Virus record (IMG/VR): IMGVR_UViG_3300045988_068374
From: a virus
Strand: one strand, 5' to 3'
Length of the DNA stretch: 43,354 bases
In this document: positions 16,031 through 25,838 of the stretch, piece by piece
Numbering within the stretch: position 1 is the first letter of the stretch
Layout: every line of letters begins with the position of its first letter
The notes under the pieces: generated by a model
What the model saw: only the letters and a program-made list of their open reading frames with translations
Told to the model about the DNA's origin: nothing
The model's database searches: none
Program-made: the position numbers and the translations under genes

Positions 16031-16863
16031 ATATTATTCCACCGCAATCACCTTTATTTAAAGGGACGCAGGAAGAAAACATAGCCGCAATGCAGAGATA
16101 TCTACTGGAATTATCGGATAACCTGCCGTATTTGCTTAACGACAGCATTGCAATTGATGATGCTTTAAGCGCAAGCAGCGCAAATCCTGTTCAGAACAAG
16201 GTTATCAAAGCAGCATTAGATGACAAGCTCAATAAGTCTGACGTTGAAGATAAACTGGACGGAAGCAGCAAAAATCCCGTGCAGAACAAAACCCTTACCG
16301 TCCAGCTTCAAACGAAATTTGATAAATACGGTGGTGATATAAACGGTGATGTTCGCTTGACGAACGTTAGCAGAATGAACACGGCGGCTAAAAAAATAGC
16401 GGTTTTCGATAACAGCAACATTATAGAATACCGCTCTGCCTCAGATCTGGCGGCCGATCTTGGAATTGGTGATGATCCCAGCAGCAGCATAGCAGACTTA
16501 GTATATCCAGTGGGCAGCATCTATATGAGCGTTAACAGCACTGATCCGGCCCAGCTATTTGGCGGCAGTTGGACGCAGCTTCAGGATAGGTTCTTGCTTG
16601 GTGCCGGTACTTCCTATACCAATGGCAGAATAGGCGGTGCCGCCACATGTCAACTAACTGCCGCTAATTTGCCAAGACATACCCACCCCCAATACGTTGC
16701 GACAAGCGGCGGCAGCGAATCAGCCAACTTGGACTATGCAAGCTATTCAACCAGCGCTAAAACGGTTGCCCAAGGCATTCCGACGGGTGCTACAGGCAGC
16801 GGAACGGCATTCGATATTTTACCGCCTTATTTAGTGGTCTATATGTGGAAACGCACAGCATAG
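16027..16863 (+). CDS. tail fibre / appendage protein with phage tail-collar domain
   Basis: SANPVQNKVI and SKNPVQNKTL repeats. C-terminus YPVGSIYMS...FGGSWTQLQDRFLLGAG...GG...LTAANLPRHTH...PPYLVVYMWKRTA is typical of the tail-collar fold. Confidence 0.8.
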   Translation: MNIIPPQSPLFKGTQEENIAAMQRYLLELSDNLPYLLNDSIAIDDALSASSANPVQNKVIKAALDDKLNKSDVEDKLDGSSKNPVQNKTLTVQLQTKFDKYGGDINGDVRLTNVSRMNTAAKKIAVFDNSNIIEYRSASDLAADLGIGDDPSSSIADLVYPVGSIYMSVNSTDPAQLFGGSWTQLQDRFLLGAGTSYTNGRIGGAATCQLTAANLPRHTHPQYVATSGGSESANLDYASYSTSAKTVAQGIPTGATGSGTAFDILPPYLVVYMWKRTA

Positions 16864-16903
16864 CACTTTGCAACTAAAGATTTAGATAAAGGAAGGCATA
16901 AAT

Positions 16904-18061
16904 ATGGCAATCAAGAAAACGACATATGATAGGGATACCGACTATCAGAAAAAAATAAACGATGCTGTTGCCGCTGGCAACTATACGGTAGCAGCAAAAT
17001 ATGAGCAGGCGCGAAACGCGAAAATTCAAGGTGAAGCGCTTAACTATGCCCAGACCAACAAATATTCTTCGTACCTTCCCAAAGAATACAACGGTGTTGA
17101 ATACGATAGCGGCACGGATTATATGAAGAAGATATACCAGGCATTTGGTAAAGGCGATTATACCGCAGCGTCTCAATACGAGCAGCAGCGCAATGCAAAA
17201 ATAGACGGTGAAGGGCTTCCAAACGCCAAGACCAATTACACCTATACTCCGCAGTATGATACACAGATAAATGAGCTTTTCAACAAACTCCTAAACAGAG
17301 AAAGCTTCAGTTACGACACCGAGACAGACCCTTTGTATAAGCTGTACAGGGAACAGTACATTAATCAGGGCAGACTTGCCATGCAGGACACAATGGGTCA
17401 GGCGGCGGCTCTTACGGGCGGCTACGGTTCAAGCTACAGTCAGGCAGTCGGTCAGCAGCAGTATGACGCTTATTTGCAGAAGCTCAACGGCGTTGTGCCG
17501 GAGCTTTACCAACTGGCATATTCGCGGTATCAGGATGAGGGCGATGAGCTTAAAGATCAGTATAACATGTATATGGCAAAGGATGCACAGGACTATGATA
17601 GAGCACGGATAAATTATGCACAGCTACAGTCTCAAATGAATGCGGCGGCAGATCAGGTCAAAGCAATACTTGAGGTTGGCGGCTCGCCTTCTGCCGATCT
17701 CGTTTTGCGTTCCGGATTGAGCGATGAGTATGTGCAGACACTTAAAAACTATTACGCACAGCTTGCGGCTCAGGCGGCTCAGACGGCGGCACGAAGCGGC
17801 GGCAGCTCAGGCGGCGGCGGTGGAAGCAGCAGAACATATTCGAGTGATAAGGATTACAAGGTCAATAAGGACGGAAGCGTGTCGGTCAAGAGAGTCCGGC
17901 AGCTCAATTACCAACCCGACGAGGGCGTTTTCAAGTGGAACGGTAATCAATATACGAGCGTTGACAGTTTGCTGGACGCATGGGAGAAAAAATCAGACCT
18001 TACCAACGATGATATTAGTATTCTCAAACGCAAACTTTATTCGCAGATGGGCAGAGGGTAA
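16904..18061 (+). CDS. virion-module protein of unknown function with an internal ~45-aa duplication
   Basis: TDYQKKINDAVAAGNYTVAAKYEQARNAKIQGE is repeated as TDYMKKIYQAFGKGDYTAASQYEQQRNAKIDGE. Also carries a Gly/Ser linker SGGSSGGGGGSS. Confidence 0.6.
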   Translation: MAIKKTTYDRDTDYQKKINDAVAAGNYTVAAKYEQARNAKIQGEALNYAQTNKYSSYLPKEYNGVEYDSGTDYMKKIYQAFGKGDYTAASQYEQQRNAKIDGEGLPNAKTNYTYTPQYDTQINELFNKLLNRESFSYDTETDPLYKLYREQYINQGRLAMQDTMGQAAALTGGYGSSYSQAVGQQQYDAYLQKLNGVVPELYQLAYSRYQDEGDELKDQYNMYMAKDAQDYDRARINYAQLQSQMNAAADQVKAILEVGGSPSADLVLRSGLSDEYVQTLKNYYAQLAAQAAQTAARSGGSSGGGGGSSRTYSSDKDYKVNKDGSVSVKRVRQLNYQPDEGVFKWNGNQYTSVDSLLDAWEKKSDLTNDDISILKRKLYSQMGRG

Positions 18062-18076
18062 TATGAGGTATAATGA

Positions 18077-21000
18077 ATGGCTAAAAAAATCAACAGGGAA
18101 GAAATAAAGGCCGAAGTAAAAAGACGGCAGCAAAACGCAGCGAGAGATTATGCCGAAAAAGCCGATTTGATAGCCGCCGGTTATAAAACCGCAAAAACAA
18201 ACAGCGCCTCCGGCTCTGCCGGTAAAAAGCCAATAGGAGCAAGCACTTCCAAATCGAACGTACTTTCTCAGATCGATGAGATACGAAACGAGCTCGGCAG
18301 CAGGAATAAACTTAGCGCAGATGCGCTTATTGCCAATAATCCGGCGTATGTATACACAAAAGCATACGGCGACGGGAAAACGGGTGCGGCGGCGAACAAG
18401 CCGGTAAAGGGCACGGCGACACCTCGCAGCCGCTTTGAGCCTGCCGACACCGGCAGACCGCTTGGCAGAGCATCGGCGCAAAGGGCTTTTACGTCCACGC
18501 CCACGGGCAATTTCAAGGGCGAGGCGGTTTTGAAGAGCGCACTTTCTTCAACGGGCGCGGCCTATAAGAAGCTGGGCGCGGATGTTACGTCCTCAACCGG
18601 CAATCTTTCAATGGGTGAGAGCGCACGGGCGGCGATAGGCGAGGCCAAGACTGCGAAAAAAGAGGGCAGGCAGGTCAAGCCGGGGCAGGCCCAGCGCAAG
18701 GCGGAGCAGGACAAGATAAAAAGCTTTAATGACGGCTGGGCAGGAGACTTCAAGCAAAAGCTGCTGGAAAGCGCCGAGGAAAGCTCAAAACGTGCGTATG
18801 AGTACGAGCAGGAAGCTAAAGAGGGCTTGGGCAAATTCGGTCAGGGCGTTGTTGACTTCGGCATAGCGGGCGCACAGTTTGCCGGTGATGCGCTGCTTAA
18901 CGCTGTTGCGCCCGGCACAGGTCTTGCGGCAATGGCAGGACGAGCATACGGTTCTGCCTCACTGGACGCACAGCAACGCGGTCTGAGCGAGGGTGAGCAG
19001 CAGATATCCGGCTTAAAGAGCGCGGCTATCGAAATGCTCACGGAAAAGCTTTTCGGTTCGGTCTCCAAGGTCGCATACGGTAAGGGCATTATAAAAAACG
19101 AAAGCCTTGTCAACAGCCTTGTAAACCGCCTTGCAAAGACGGACAGAGGCCGCACGGCGCTCAAGGTTTTAGTCGGCGCGAATGAAGAGGGCTTGGAGGA
19201 AGTGCTCTCAGATATCCTCAATCCTATCGCAGACCGCATACTCAAGCTTGATGACGGAAAAGGCGACTGGTCAGACCTTGCCGATGATTTTGACACTCAG
19301 CAGATGCTTGAGGACTACATCATAGGCGGTGCGCTCGGCCTCGTGGGTGCCGGCACAAACGTTGTGAGCGGCCAGTACAGAGCCGAGAACGCACAGCAGA
19401 GGGCGTATGAGGAATATCAGCGCCAGTTAGTCAATGCCGGTCTTGCCACAGAGCAGGGCGGCGACGCACAGCTTACGGCAGAGAAGTATAAAAACATCCT
19501 CGATCAGAGCACACAGCGCGGCAAGCGCAACCTCAGTGATAAGGAAACAGCAAACCTTGAGAGTTTGATACGCGGTACATATGCTCAGAAGGACGCAAGC
19601 GACGTAAGCACACGCCTTGCGCAACTGGGTACGGATGCTTCGGAGCAGACCGTAAATGCCATAGTCAAGGCCGTAAACGGCGAAACACTCAGCAGAGCGG
19701 AGCAGAAAGCATTTGATGCAAACCCATATTCTCAGCGCGTCGTTAACGAAATGCTCGACACAGAGGGCGTGACAAGCAACGAATGGTACGCAGACAGGGC
19801 AAGTGCGCAGAGCTTCACGCCGGAGGTCAGCAGCGGCATCAATATAGAGCAAGCACAAAATGTCCTTAACACCAGCACGGCTAACAATCCCCAATTTGTA
19901 AACAGCATGGCGCGGCAGTACGAAGTTGCGCCGGAAGTGGTCGAGCGCACATATAACCTCAATCCGACTGCACCGCAGGCGTTTGAGACGGCGTTTAACG
20001 CGGTTTATCAGATGGGACAGCAGGGGACGGACAAGGCCGCGCTCTACAAAGTGCCCGTGCTCAACACTGCACAGGCGAACATTGCGTATCAGATGGGCGC
20101 AGACAGCGTTAACGCGGCAGATGTGAGCACAGAAGCGCCCACACAGGCGGCAACTGTTCAGGCGGCAGCGCCGGTCACTATCAATAACACACAGGAGGTA
20201 AACGAGAATGGAGTACGTATACACAACGTCGCGGAGCGGATTAACGGTCAGAATACCGAAGGACAGATACGCGGAGTGGAAACAGGCGCAGGAGAAAATG
20301 TCGCCGGAGGAAGTCAAAAAGAACAAGGCGGCATTGGCACGGCTCAAATCAAAGCTGGCGAAAAAGTAAGCTACAAGGGCAAGCAGCAAAAGGGCGTTTA
20401 TTATGCCGCAGAGGACACCGAGGACATGAAAAAAGGCCGCGAGCTCGCGGAGAGCTACGGCTATAAGGTCATGTATTTTGTTGGCGGCAATATCCGCTAT
20501 GCCGGCGGCGAGTTCAGAGGCGTTGTTGACACGGCAAACAAGACCGTCATGGTAAGAGCGGATCATCCCGACTACACCGCAGAGCAGATAATGCGCCACG
20601 AGATGGGGCATGCGGCGTTTGAAAACGGCGATCTGAGCTTGAACGAGGCAAAAGAAATGCTGCTTGGCGACTTCACTGAGGACGAACTAAACGAGCTTAT
20701 CGAGATATACAGCAGCGAATACGGCGGCATTCTCAGCACCGAGGAGGCTTTTGAGGAAATCTGCTGCGACGCGCTGGGCAGAATGAACATCTTCGAGGGC
20801 ACGGATTTAAACAGCGAAAGCTACGGGAAAGCACAGGACACCGTGCGCAAATACGCCGCCGAGAGAACCGGCAGCAAGGGCAGAGCTCCGCCGAAAAAGG
20901 GCGGGGTAAAGTATAGCTATGCGGGCAAACACGCGCGGACAGCAGACCTTGAACAGCTTGAAAGAGCTAAACAAATGCAGACGCAAGGTGACGACATGGA

Positions 21001-24000
21001 GAATATCCGCAAGGCTACCGGCTGGTTCAAAGGCCGAGACGGAAAGTGGCGGTTTGAGATCGACGATAGCAAGGCGGAGTTTCGCAGAGACGGCGACGTG
21101 CGGCTCATGCAGGAGGAAGGCTATCGGCGTATGCAGGAGCTTACTGATAAGTGGATAGCAAGCATTAATGAGGGGACGGATTTCACAGAGGCTGAACAAG
21201 CCGAAATGGAACAGCTGGGGGAAAAATACTACGACACTGTGTGGGAAGAGAAATACATGCTGACAGACTTCTTGAAGCATGACGAGCTCTTTGAGGCATA
21301 CCCCCGATTGAAAGGTGTAGCGTTGCAATTTGACGATCTACCAGCCGGTACTAACGGCTTTTTCAGCAAGCGCAGCAACACCATAGTCCTCAGTGATAAG
21401 CTTTTCGGTAAGGAAGCTGATGTGCTGATACACGAGATACAGCACATCATACAGAATTACGAGGGCTTTACAAAAGGTTCAAACCCCCAGTACTGGAATA
21501 ATCGCATGGAAAACGGATATTCCAAACGGTGGAGTACGGGCGAGGAAATGATGCCGAGTGAGCTTTACAGGAACACGGCGGGAGAGATCGAGGCAAGAGA
21601 CGCAGCGAGCCGCCGTACACTGACACCCGAGGAGCGAAAAAATAAAGCCCCCGATCTCGGAGACGAGAATACTGTGTTTGCAGAGGACGGGGATGGCTAC
21701 GCCATGAGCCAAAGCGAACAGGACAGCGTGAAGGAACAGCTGCGGGAGCATCAGGATGCGCTGAACAATATGAAAGCCGTCGCCACAATTCGTGATAACG
21801 GCTGGAGAGGCATGAGTACCGGAGCGTTCCGGCAGAAGATCGTCAACAATCTGAAGAAGACAGGCTACCGCGTAGATAATCCGAGCATCGGCGTGATTGT
21901 CTTCGACGAGAAGCTGCTGAACCGAAGCTTAAATTACATTCAGACAGATGCGGAGGCGGCGGCATATCAGGCGCTGCCAATGGTGTTGAAACGCGGCATT
22001 GAGATCAGTGAGCATGGCAACCACAAGGGGAGAGACTATGAAACACTGACTATCGCAGCCCCAGTGGAGCTGAACGGAAAACGTGGAAATATGGCGGTGG
22101 TGGTGATGAAAACCAAGGGCAACCGCTATAAGGTGCACCGCATTCTGACCCCGGAGGGCACGGCTTTTGCGCTGCCGGAAATGACTAACGCAGAGCCTAC
22201 CACCGTCGGGGCTTTCACCAACGTAAGTCAAACGTTGGGAGGGAGCGCACCGGCCATCAGCTCTGCGTCTGAAAACAGTATACCTACAAGCAATCAGTCT
22301 GTCAAGCGCAATTATTCCCGCGAGCCGGAAAAGCTTAACGAGCTGCGGCGGCAGAATGAGCGGAAGCTTGCGCAGGCTACGGCAGAGGATGCCGCAAACG
22401 AGAACGAGCGCGGCCTTATACGCGACTATCAGAAGCAGTACAGCAAGGTCGAGGACATACGCGAAAAGCTCAGTGCGGCACAGCAGACGCTTACAGAGGC
22501 CGAGGACAGCGGCGCGGACTACGACACCACGACCAAGGCAAAAAACCGTTTTACGCTGTTGAGCAAGCAATATGCGCGAGAGCACCGCAAGCTTAACGGC
22601 TACGGCAGCACAAAGGCGCTTCAAAATGTGCTTGAGAGAGTCAGCGCAAGAACATCTAAGGATGCAGAGCATATTGACAACCGCAATTTCTCAAACGTGG
22701 GCGACCGAAGCCTAAAGCCGTTTCAGATGGAGCACCCGGAGCTGCACAAATATTATGAGGACATGGCGCAGACCGTGCTTTATGATATCGGAATGGCAAC
22801 TCAATTCCGTACTACGAACGGCTATCCTAAAACCAAGTTCACCGACGGCTTTAAGCGTGCGCTGGGCGGCAGTTCGTTTAATGACGGGCTTCAAGCGCTG
22901 CTCGACATTTCAAACGATCAGGGCAGCGAAAACTATGCTTTGGCAAAGCGCATGGAGCTGTTTTTGGACGATCTTCTCACCAACGGCTACAAGGGCGCAA
23001 GCGGCAACGCCGAGTACATACGCGCTAAAGAAAACATATCGGGCGGTAATACTGTGTGGGAAAACTTCCTTGAGGAAAACAGCCTTGCTATCGCGGATGG
23101 CCTGATAACGGAAAAGGAGCTATATAAGGAGTTTACACAGATGCGGTCTGACCTGCCGGAGGGCATGGGCGCAGCTTCCGCCAACTTCACGGGCGAGGAG
23201 GCTGTAGGCGAGCGCTGGGTAACAGAGGCTCAGGGCGAGGGCGACAGCGCCCTGCACCCGATAAGCAAGGAGCAGGAAGCAAACCTCGCCGAACAGCAGC
23301 ACAGAGCGCCGCAGGAGATACCCAAGAAAGATCTGAACGGCAAACTCACAAGCAAGCACGTTTCCACCATAGCCAACAGCGGCATGACACCGGCTGAATT
23401 CTCCGACGCGCTGAGAGAGGATGCGGCACTGGGTAAGTTCTCGCACATTGCATACTCCGACGAGGAAGCGCTTAAAAAGGCCGAACGCGCTATCTCTGAC
23501 GACGGCTGGGATCAGGCGCTTGCAAACTACAAGGCCGAGATAAACAGCGGCAGAGTATCGAAGGACAACACTGTTATGGGCATTGCCCTTTACAACAACG
23601 CCGTCAACAGCGGAGACTACGCAACGGCAATGGACATTGCCTCGCTCATGGTCAAAAACTCCACGAACACGGCGCAGTCATTGCAGGCCATGCGCATTCT
23701 CAACAAGCTCTCGCCCGAATGCAGACTGTACCTTGCGGCAAAGTCGATAGAGAACATCGAGGAAGACCTCAACGAGCGATACAAGGACAACAAGGCGGAT
23801 ATCCATGTTGACAAAATCCTTTACGATGAGTATGCCAAGGCGCTCAGGCAGGGCAATGAGGACGGCATAAAAACCGCGTGGGCGAACATAGAGCAGAGCG
23901 TAGCACAGCAGATAAACGCGACATGGTACGAAAAGCTCAACAACTTCCGCTATCTCGCTATGCTGGGCAATCCGAGAACGCATGTCCGAAACATCGTAGG

Positions 24001-25765
24001 CAACGCATTTTTCGTGCCCGTCAGAGCTGTCAAGAACACGATAGCATACGGCCTTGAGAATATAGCCGACGCGAAGATAAACGGCGGCATAGAGCGAAGC
24101 AAGGCAATGCTCAACTCAAGTAATGCGGCGGATGCGGCGCTTGTCAAATACGCAATGTCGGACTATGAGGCTGTGCAGGAGGTCATACTTTCGGGCGGCA
24201 AGTATGTCGATACATTTCAGGGCATCGACAAGCACAGGACGATATACAAGACCAAGATACTTGAGGCGGCACGCAAGGGCAACTCGGCAGCGCTTGACGC
24301 GGAAGACGCGTGGTTCTGCAAACCCGCGTATGCAAACGCGCTTGCCAAGTGGTACAAGGCAAACGGCATAAGCGCCGAACAGCTTAACACCGGCAATGTG
24401 CCGGAGGAGACGATAATCAAAGCACAGACCATTGCCATCAAGGAAGCGCAGAAAGCCACTTACCGCGATACCAACTGGTTTTCCGCTCAGGTCAGCAGGC
24501 TCGGCAAGGTGGATAACAAAGTTGCTGCTGTGCTCATTGAGGGCGTTCTGCCGTTCAAGAAAACCCCGGCCAATATCTTAGCCCGCGCTGTTGAATACTC
24601 GCCGGTCGGACTTGTAAAGTCCCTTGCGCTGGACACCAAAAAGGTCAAGGCATATGTAAACGGCGACGTTGAAAACGGCATGAGCCCCGCGCAGTTTATA
24701 GACGATGTTTCGGCAGGGCTTACGGGCTCGGCGCTTATGGGGCTGGGTATACTTTTAGCCTCATGGGGCGTTCTGAGCGGCGGTGATGACGATGACGAAA
24801 AGCAAAACTATTTCGACGATCTGAGCGGCAAGCAGAATTACGCCTTGAGCATAGGCGGTCTGAGCATCACGCTTGACTGGCTCGCGCCGGAGAGTATGCC
24901 GCTGTTTGTCGGCGTTGAGCTGTTCAACTCCCTGAGCAGCAAAAACGAGGACAAGGGATTTTTGCAGAACCTCATGAGCTCGGTCATGAGCCTGAGTACA
25001 CCGATGTTTGAAATGTCGATGCTGCAAAGCGTAAACGATCTTTTCGATAACCTCGCGTACATCAAGCAGGGACAGGGTACTTTTAAAATCGTATCGAGCA
25101 TGGCGGCAAACTACATATCGCAGTATTTCCCGACGCTGTTCGGACAGACTGAGCGCTCATTCGAGGAAACTCAGCGCGAGACGACATACATTGACCGCAA
25201 CAGCAAAGTCGGCTCTGAGATACAATACATGTGGGGCAAGATCGCAAACAAGATACCGTTTTACGATTTCAGTCAGATACCGTACATCGACGCATGGGGG
25301 CGCACGGAAGAAACCGGCAATCTCTTTGAGAGGATGCTCAACAACTTCATCAATCCCGCATATGTCAAGAAGGAGCGCCCGACGGAGATCGACGGCGAGC
25401 TTGAGCGGCTTTACGACCTCGGCGAAACGAGCGTATATCCCGGCCGCGCAAAGACGAACACCAAGATAAACGGCGAGTACCTGACAGCCGACGAGTATGT
25501 AAAATATGCAACGACGAAGGGGCAGACCTCATACGAGCTTGCGCAGGGCGTTATAAACAGCGCGGCATATTCCGGCGCATCAGACCCCGAAAAGGCGTAC
25601 ATGCTTAAATATGTCTATTCCTACGCCGATCATATTGCAAAGTACGAGGTCAACAACGACTATTCACTTGCAAAATGGGAGATGGCGGCATACAAGAGCG
25701 CAAACCCGATGCAGGCTATAATCGACCACGCACGGGAATATTACAATCCCGACAAAGAAAACTAA
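18077..25765 (+). CDS. giant (2,562 aa) multi-domain virion / ejection protein of polyvalent type
   Basis: Uninterrupted ORF. Gly-zipper hydrophobic segment around 18844-18955. Two HExxH motifs: HEMGH at 20597-20611 and HEIQH at 21431-21445. Hydrophobic helix LTGSALMGLGILLASWGVL around 24716-24783, followed by DDDD. Confidence 0.8.
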   Translation: MAKKINREEIKAEVKRRQQNAARDYAEKADLIAAGYKTAKTNSASGSAGKKPIGASTSKSNVLSQIDEIRNELGSRNKLSADALIANNPAYVYTKAYGDGKTGAAANKPVKGTATPRSRFEPADTGRPLGRASAQRAFTSTPTGNFKGEAVLKSALSSTGAAYKKLGADVTSSTGNLSMGESARAAIGEAKTAKKEGRQVKPGQAQRKAEQDKIKSFNDGWAGDFKQKLLESAEESSKRAYEYEQEAKEGLGKFGQGVVDFGIAGAQFAGDALLNAVAPGTGLAAMAGRAYGSASLDAQQRGLSEGEQQISGLKSAAIEMLTEKLFGSVSKVAYGKGIIKNESLVNSLVNRLAKTDRGRTALKVLVGANEEGLEEVLSDILNPIADRILKLDDGKGDWSDLADDFDTQQMLEDYIIGGALGLVGAGTNVVSGQYRAENAQQRAYEEYQRQLVNAGLATEQGGDAQLTAEKYKNILDQSTQRGKRNLSDKETANLESLIRGTYAQKDASDVSTRLAQLGTDASEQTVNAIVKAVNGETLSRAEQKAFDANPYSQRVVNEMLDTEGVTSNEWYADRASAQSFTPEVSSGINIEQAQNVLNTSTANNPQFVNSMARQYEVAPEVVERTYNLNPTAPQAFETAFNAVYQMGQQGTDKAALYKVPVLNTAQANIAYQMGADSVNAADVSTEAPTQAATVQAAAPVTINNTQEVNENGVRIHNVAERINGQNTEGQIRGVETGAGENVAGGSQKEQGGIGTAQIKAGEKVSYKGKQQKGVYYAAEDTEDMKKGRELAESYGYKVMYFVGGNIRYAGGEFRGVVDTANKTVMVRADHPDYTAEQIMRHEMGHAAFENGDLSLNEAKEMLLGDFTEDELNELIEIYSSEYGGILSTEEAFEEICCDALGRMNIFEGTDLNSESYGKAQDTVRKYAAERTGSKGRAPPKKGGVKYSYAGKHARTADLEQLERAKQMQTQGDDMENIRKATGWFKGRDGKWRFEIDDSKAEFRRDGDVRLMQEEGYRRMQELTDKWIASINEGTDFTEAEQAEMEQLGEKYYDTVWEEKYMLTDFLKHDELFEAYPRLKGVALQFDDLPAGTNGFFSKRSNTIVLSDKLFGKEADVLIHEIQHIIQNYEGFTKGSNPQYWNNRMENGYSKRWSTGEEMMPSELYRNTAGEIEARDAASRRTLTPEERKNKAPDLGDENTVFAEDGDGYAMSQSEQDSVKEQLREHQDALNNMKAVATIRDNGWRGMSTGAFRQKIVNNLKKTGYRVDNPSIGVIVFDEKLLNRSLNYIQTDAEAAAYQALPMVLKRGIEISEHGNHKGRDYETLTIAAPVELNGKRGNMAVVVMKTKGNRYKVHRILTPEGTAFALPEMTNAEPTTVGAFTNVSQTLGGSAPAISSASENSIPTSNQSVKRNYSREPEKLNELRRQNERKLAQATAEDAANENERGLIRDYQKQYSKVEDIREKLSAAQQTLTEAEDSGADYDTTTKAKNRFTLLSKQYAREHRKLNGYGSTKALQNVLERVSARTSKDAEHIDNRNFSNVGDRSLKPFQMEHPELHKYYEDMAQTVLYDIGMATQFRTTNGYPKTKFTDGFKRALGGSSFNDGLQALLDISNDQGSENYALAKRMELFLDDLLTNGYKGASGNAEYIRAKENISGGNTVWENFLEENSLAIADGLITEKELYKEFTQMRSDLPEGMGAASANFTGEEAVGERWVTEAQGEGDSALHPISKEQEANLAEQQHRAPQEIPKKDLNGKLTSKHVSTIANSGMTPAEFSDALREDAALGKFSHIAYSDEEALKKAERAISDDGWDQALANYKAEINSGRVSKDNTVMGIALYNNAVNSGDYATAMDIASLMVKNSTNTAQSLQAMRILNKLSPECRLYLAAKSIENIEEDLNERYKDNKADIHVDKILYDEYAKALRQGNEDGIKTAWANIEQSVAQQINATWYEKLNNFRYLAMLGNPRTHVRNIVGNAFFVPVRAVKNTIAYGLENIADAKINGGIERSKAMLNSSNAADAALVKYAMSDYEAVQEVILSGGKYVDTFQGIDKHRTIYKTKILEAARKGNSAALDAEDAWFCKPAYANALAKWYKANGISAEQLNTGNVPEETIIKAQTIAIKEAQKATYRDTNWFSAQVSRLGKVDNKVAAVLIEGVLPFKKTPANILARAVEYSPVGLVKSLALDTKKVKAYVNGDVENGMSPAQFIDDVSAGLTGSALMGLGILLASWGVLSGGDDDDEKQNYFDDLSGKQNYALSIGGLSITLDWLAPESMPLFVGVELFNSLSSKNEDKGFLQNLMSSVMSLSTPMFEMSMLQSVNDLFDNLAYIKQGQGTFKIVSSMAANYISQYFPTLFGQTERSFEETQRETTYIDRNSKVGSEIQYMWGKIANKIPFYDFSQIPYIDAWGRTEETGNLFERMLNNFINPAYVKKERPTEIDGELERLYDLGETSVYPGRAKTNTKINGEYLTADEYVKYATTKGQTSYELAQGVINSAAYSGASDPEKAYMLKYVYSYADHIAKYEVNNDYSLAKWEMAAYKSANPMQAIIDHAREYYNPDKEN

Positions 25766-25777
25766 ATAACATGCTAA

Positions 25778-25807
25778 GGGTGGAGTTACATGCTCCGCCC
25801 TTTTTTA
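25778..25807 (+). terminator. rho-independent terminator (copy 2 of the repeated cassette)
   Basis: GGGTGGAG-ttacatg-CTCCGCCC followed by TTTTTTA. The 43-nt cassette at 25773-25815 nearly matches 10955-10998. Confidence 0.8.
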
Positions 25808-25838
25808 TTATGCTTGAGATATAAGTGAAAAGGAGGCA

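Noticed and set aside
19427-20611. 394-aa minus-strand ORF (and many other 60-250-aa minus or alternative-frame ORFs between 18.2 and 25.6 kb)
   Set aside because: All lie inside the uninterrupted 2,562-aa plus-strand ORF. They have low-complexity Cys/Arg/Leu-rich translations typical of shadow frames.
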